A DNA stretch of 64,000 nt, taken from NCBI GenBank assembly GCA_044344255.1, contig JBIJDH010000004.1, positions 352,001 to 416,000 on the forward strand. The letters run 5' to 3'. Of the stretch, positions 61,892 through 64,000 are shown piece by piece (within the stretch, counting starts at the first letter, position 1; every line of letters starts with the position of its first letter). Source of the stretch: Myxococcota bacterium (GTDB lineage Bacteria > Myxococcota_A > UBA796 > UBA2385). The notes below the pieces were generated by a model, which had not been told where the DNA came from, made no database searches, and saw nothing but the letters and a program-made list of their open reading frames with translations. The position numbers and the translations under genes were made by a program.

Positions 61892-64000
61892 GTGTTCTTC
61901 CGTGACCGAAAAGGGGGGGCCGAGGCTGGCGTTCAGCACCTCCCGCTCCTCCCCCTCCGCGATCTCGTGGTCTTCCCCCACATGGTGGTGCCCCTCATCG
62001 TCGGGCGCTCCAAGTCGAGGGCGGCGCTGACCGCGGCCTTCAAGGGCGACAAGCACATCTTCCTGGCGACGCAGCGGACGGGTGGGACGAGCGAACCGGG
62101 GCCCGAAGACCTCCATGAGGTTGGCACCATCGCCACGATCATCCAGCTCATTCGGCTGCAAGACGACAACCTGCGGGTGCTGGTGGAGGGCACCGCCCGG
62201 GGCCGGATGCTCCGCTACACCGACGGTGAGCACCCCCGAGCCGAGGTGGTGTTCATCCCCGACGCTCCGTCCGAGCCCGACCTCGAGATGGAGGCGCTCG
62301 TCCGCTCGGTGCGGGGGGCCTTTGAGCAGTATGTGAAGCTCAACAAGGGGATCCCCCCTGAGATGCTGCTCACGGTCGCGGCGATTGAGGACCCCTCTCG
62401 CTTGGCCGACACGCTGGTCGCCCACCTCTCCTTCAAATTCGAGGAGCGACAGGAGCTCCTCGAGATGGACAGCCCCGGGCTGCGACTCGAGCGGATCTTG
62501 AACTTCATCCAGGGGGAGATCGAGATCCTCCAGGTGGAGCGGAAGATCAAGACCCGCGTGAAGAAGCAGATGGAGAAGAGCCAGAAGGAGTACTACCTCA
62601 ACGAGCAGATGCAGGCGATCCAGAAGGAGCTCGGTGAGAAGGACGAATTCAAGGCGGAGCTCGCCGAGCTCGAACGGAAGATCCGCGAGAAGAAGCTCTC
62701 GGAGGAGGCCGTCGAGAAGGTGGCCCGAGAGCTCCGCAAGCTCAAGATGATGAGCCCGATGAGCGCCGAGGCCACCGTGGTGCGGAGCTACATCGACTGG
62801 GTGCTCGCGCTGCCTTGGTTCGAGCTCACGGAGGATCGCCTCGACATCCAGCGGGCCGCTCAGGTCCTCGATGAGGATCACTTCGGGCTGCAGAAGGTGA
62901 AGGAGCGGATCCTCGAGCACCTCGCGGTGACCTCGCTCGTGGAGCGGATGCAGGGGCCGATCCTCTGCCTCGTCGGGCCGCCGGGGGTGGGCAAGACCTC
63001 GCTCGCGCGCTCGGTCGCCACCGCCACAAACCGGGCCTTCGTCCGCCAGGCCCTCGGAGGCGTGCGAGATGAGGCCGAGATCCGTGGGCATCGGCGCACC
63101 TATATTGGCGCCCTCCCCGGCAAGATCGTCCAGTCCCTCCGCAAGGCAGGCTCCTCGAACCCTGTCTTCCTCCTCGACGAGATCGACAAGATGTCGACGG
63201 ACTTTCGGGGAGACCCGGCCTCCGCCCTCCTCGAGGTCCTCGATCCCGAACAGAATCATGCCTTCAACGACCATTACCTCGATCTCGATTATGACCTCTC
63301 TCGGGTGATGTTCATCTGCACGGCGAACACCCTTCAGGGGATCCCGGCGCCGCTGCAGGATCGCCTCGAGATCATCCGGCTTCCGGGCTACACCGAACCT
63401 GAGAAGCTGGCGATCGCGGGGCGTTATCTCTTGCCAAAGCAGGTGGCGGTCAACGGGTTGAAGGCCGACAATCTGCTGCTCACGCGCCAGGCGGTGCAGA
63501 AGGTGATCCGGTCCTACACCCGTGAGGCCGGCGTGCGCAATTTGGAGCGAGAGATCGCCACCATCTGCCGCAAGGTGGCTCGGCGGGTGGTCTGGAAGGG
63601 GGTGGGCACCCACGTGCGGGTGACCAGCGAGAACGTGCACAAGCTGCTCGGCGTTCCTCATCACAGCGACACCGCGCACGAGGCCGTCGATCAGGTGGGC
63701 CTCGTGCGTGGCCTCGCGGTCACCCCCTGGGGCGGCGAGGTGCTGGACATCGAGGTCGCGGTGATGCCCGGCAAGGGCAAGCTGATCCTGACCGGCCGTT
63801 TGGGCGATTGGCTGAAAGAGAGCGCCACGGCCGGCTTCACCTACGTGCGCGCGCGCGCCGCGGCCCTCGGCCTCGAGCCGGACTTCTACGAGAAGGTCGA
63901 TCTGCACGTGCACTACCCGGGGGGATCTGGGGCTGACGGGCCGAGCGCCGGGATCGCGATGGCCACCGCGCTCACGAGCGCGCTGACCGGAGTGGCGGTG
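61892..64000 (+). CDS. lon: Lon protease (3' truncated by window)
   Basis: [43 protein letters not shown]; absent from the ORF track because there is no stop in the window. Confidence 0.96.
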   Translation, partial: MFFRDRKGGAEAGVQHLPLLPLRDLVVFPHMVVPLIVGRSKSRAALTAAFKGDKHIFLATQRTGGTSEPGPEDLHEVGTIATIIQLIRLQDDNLRVLVEGTARGRMLRYTDGEHPRAEVVFIPDAPSEPDLEMEALVRSVRGAFEQYVKLNKGIPPEMLLTVAAIEDPSRLADTLVAHLSFKFEERQELLEMDSPGLRLERILNFIQGEIEILQVERKIKTRVKKQMEKSQKEYYLNEQMQAIQKELGEKDEFKAELAELERKIREKKLSEEAVEKVARELRKLKMMSPMSAEATVVRSYIDWVLALPWFELTEDRLDIQRAAQVLDEDHFGLQKVKERILEHLAVTSLVERMQGPILCLVGPPGVGKTSLARSVATATNRAFVRQALGGVRDEAEIRGHRRTYIGALPGKIVQSLRKAGSSNPVFLLDEIDKMSTDFRGDPASALLEVLDPEQNHAFNDHYLDLDYDLSRVMFICTANTLQGIPAPLQDRLEIIRLPGYTEPEKLAIAGRYLLPKQVAVNGLKADNLLLTRQAVQKVIRSYTREAGVRNLEREIATICRKVARRVVWKGVGTHVRVTSENVHKLLGVPHHSDTAHEAVDQVGLVRGLAVTPWGGEVLDIEVAVMPGKGKLILTGRLGDWLKESATAGFTYVRARAAALGLEPDFYEKVDLHVHYPGGSGADGPSAGIAMATALTSALTGVAV

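Overview
Very GC-rich bacterial chromosomal DNA (roughly 70% or more by eye). Several features point to a Myxococcota/myxobacterium-like organism: MYXO-CTERM-like sorting tails, Cys/Asp-rich DxDGDG repeat proteins, PEGA proteins and the tRNA-His/Lys/Leu-tig-clpP-clpX-lon arrangement. Housekeeping content: a partial PBP1A-like gene, tRNA-Met, murJ, lexA, ftsH, a UbiD-family decarboxylase, clpB, an RpoH-family sigma factor, three more tRNAs, tig, clpP, clpX and a partial lon. Accessory content: (i) a VKOR-DsbA / OmpA-like / TlpA disulfide operon; (ii) a self-contained sigma-54 unit made of a near-consensus -24/-12 promoter, a perfect NtrC-like palindrome, an MBL hydrolase, a GAF-AAA+ activator and a DDAH; (iii) a ~3.2 kb island (GT-C glycosyltransferase with a G10 tract, an IS91-like remnant, a decayed ISAs1) between ~225-280 bp diverged direct repeats; (iv) five surface proteins with MYXO-CTERM-like tails and a 28-repeat Cys/Asp lipoprotein; (v) a three-gene cluster of apparent pseudoenzymes (membrane pseudokinase, CHAT lipoprotein lacking the catalytic Cys, signal-peptide RHS/YD protein with a degenerate core and no immunity gene). 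Cluster (v) and unit (ii) are the best candidates for undescribed systems. All calls are from motif recognition by eye; no database searches were run.
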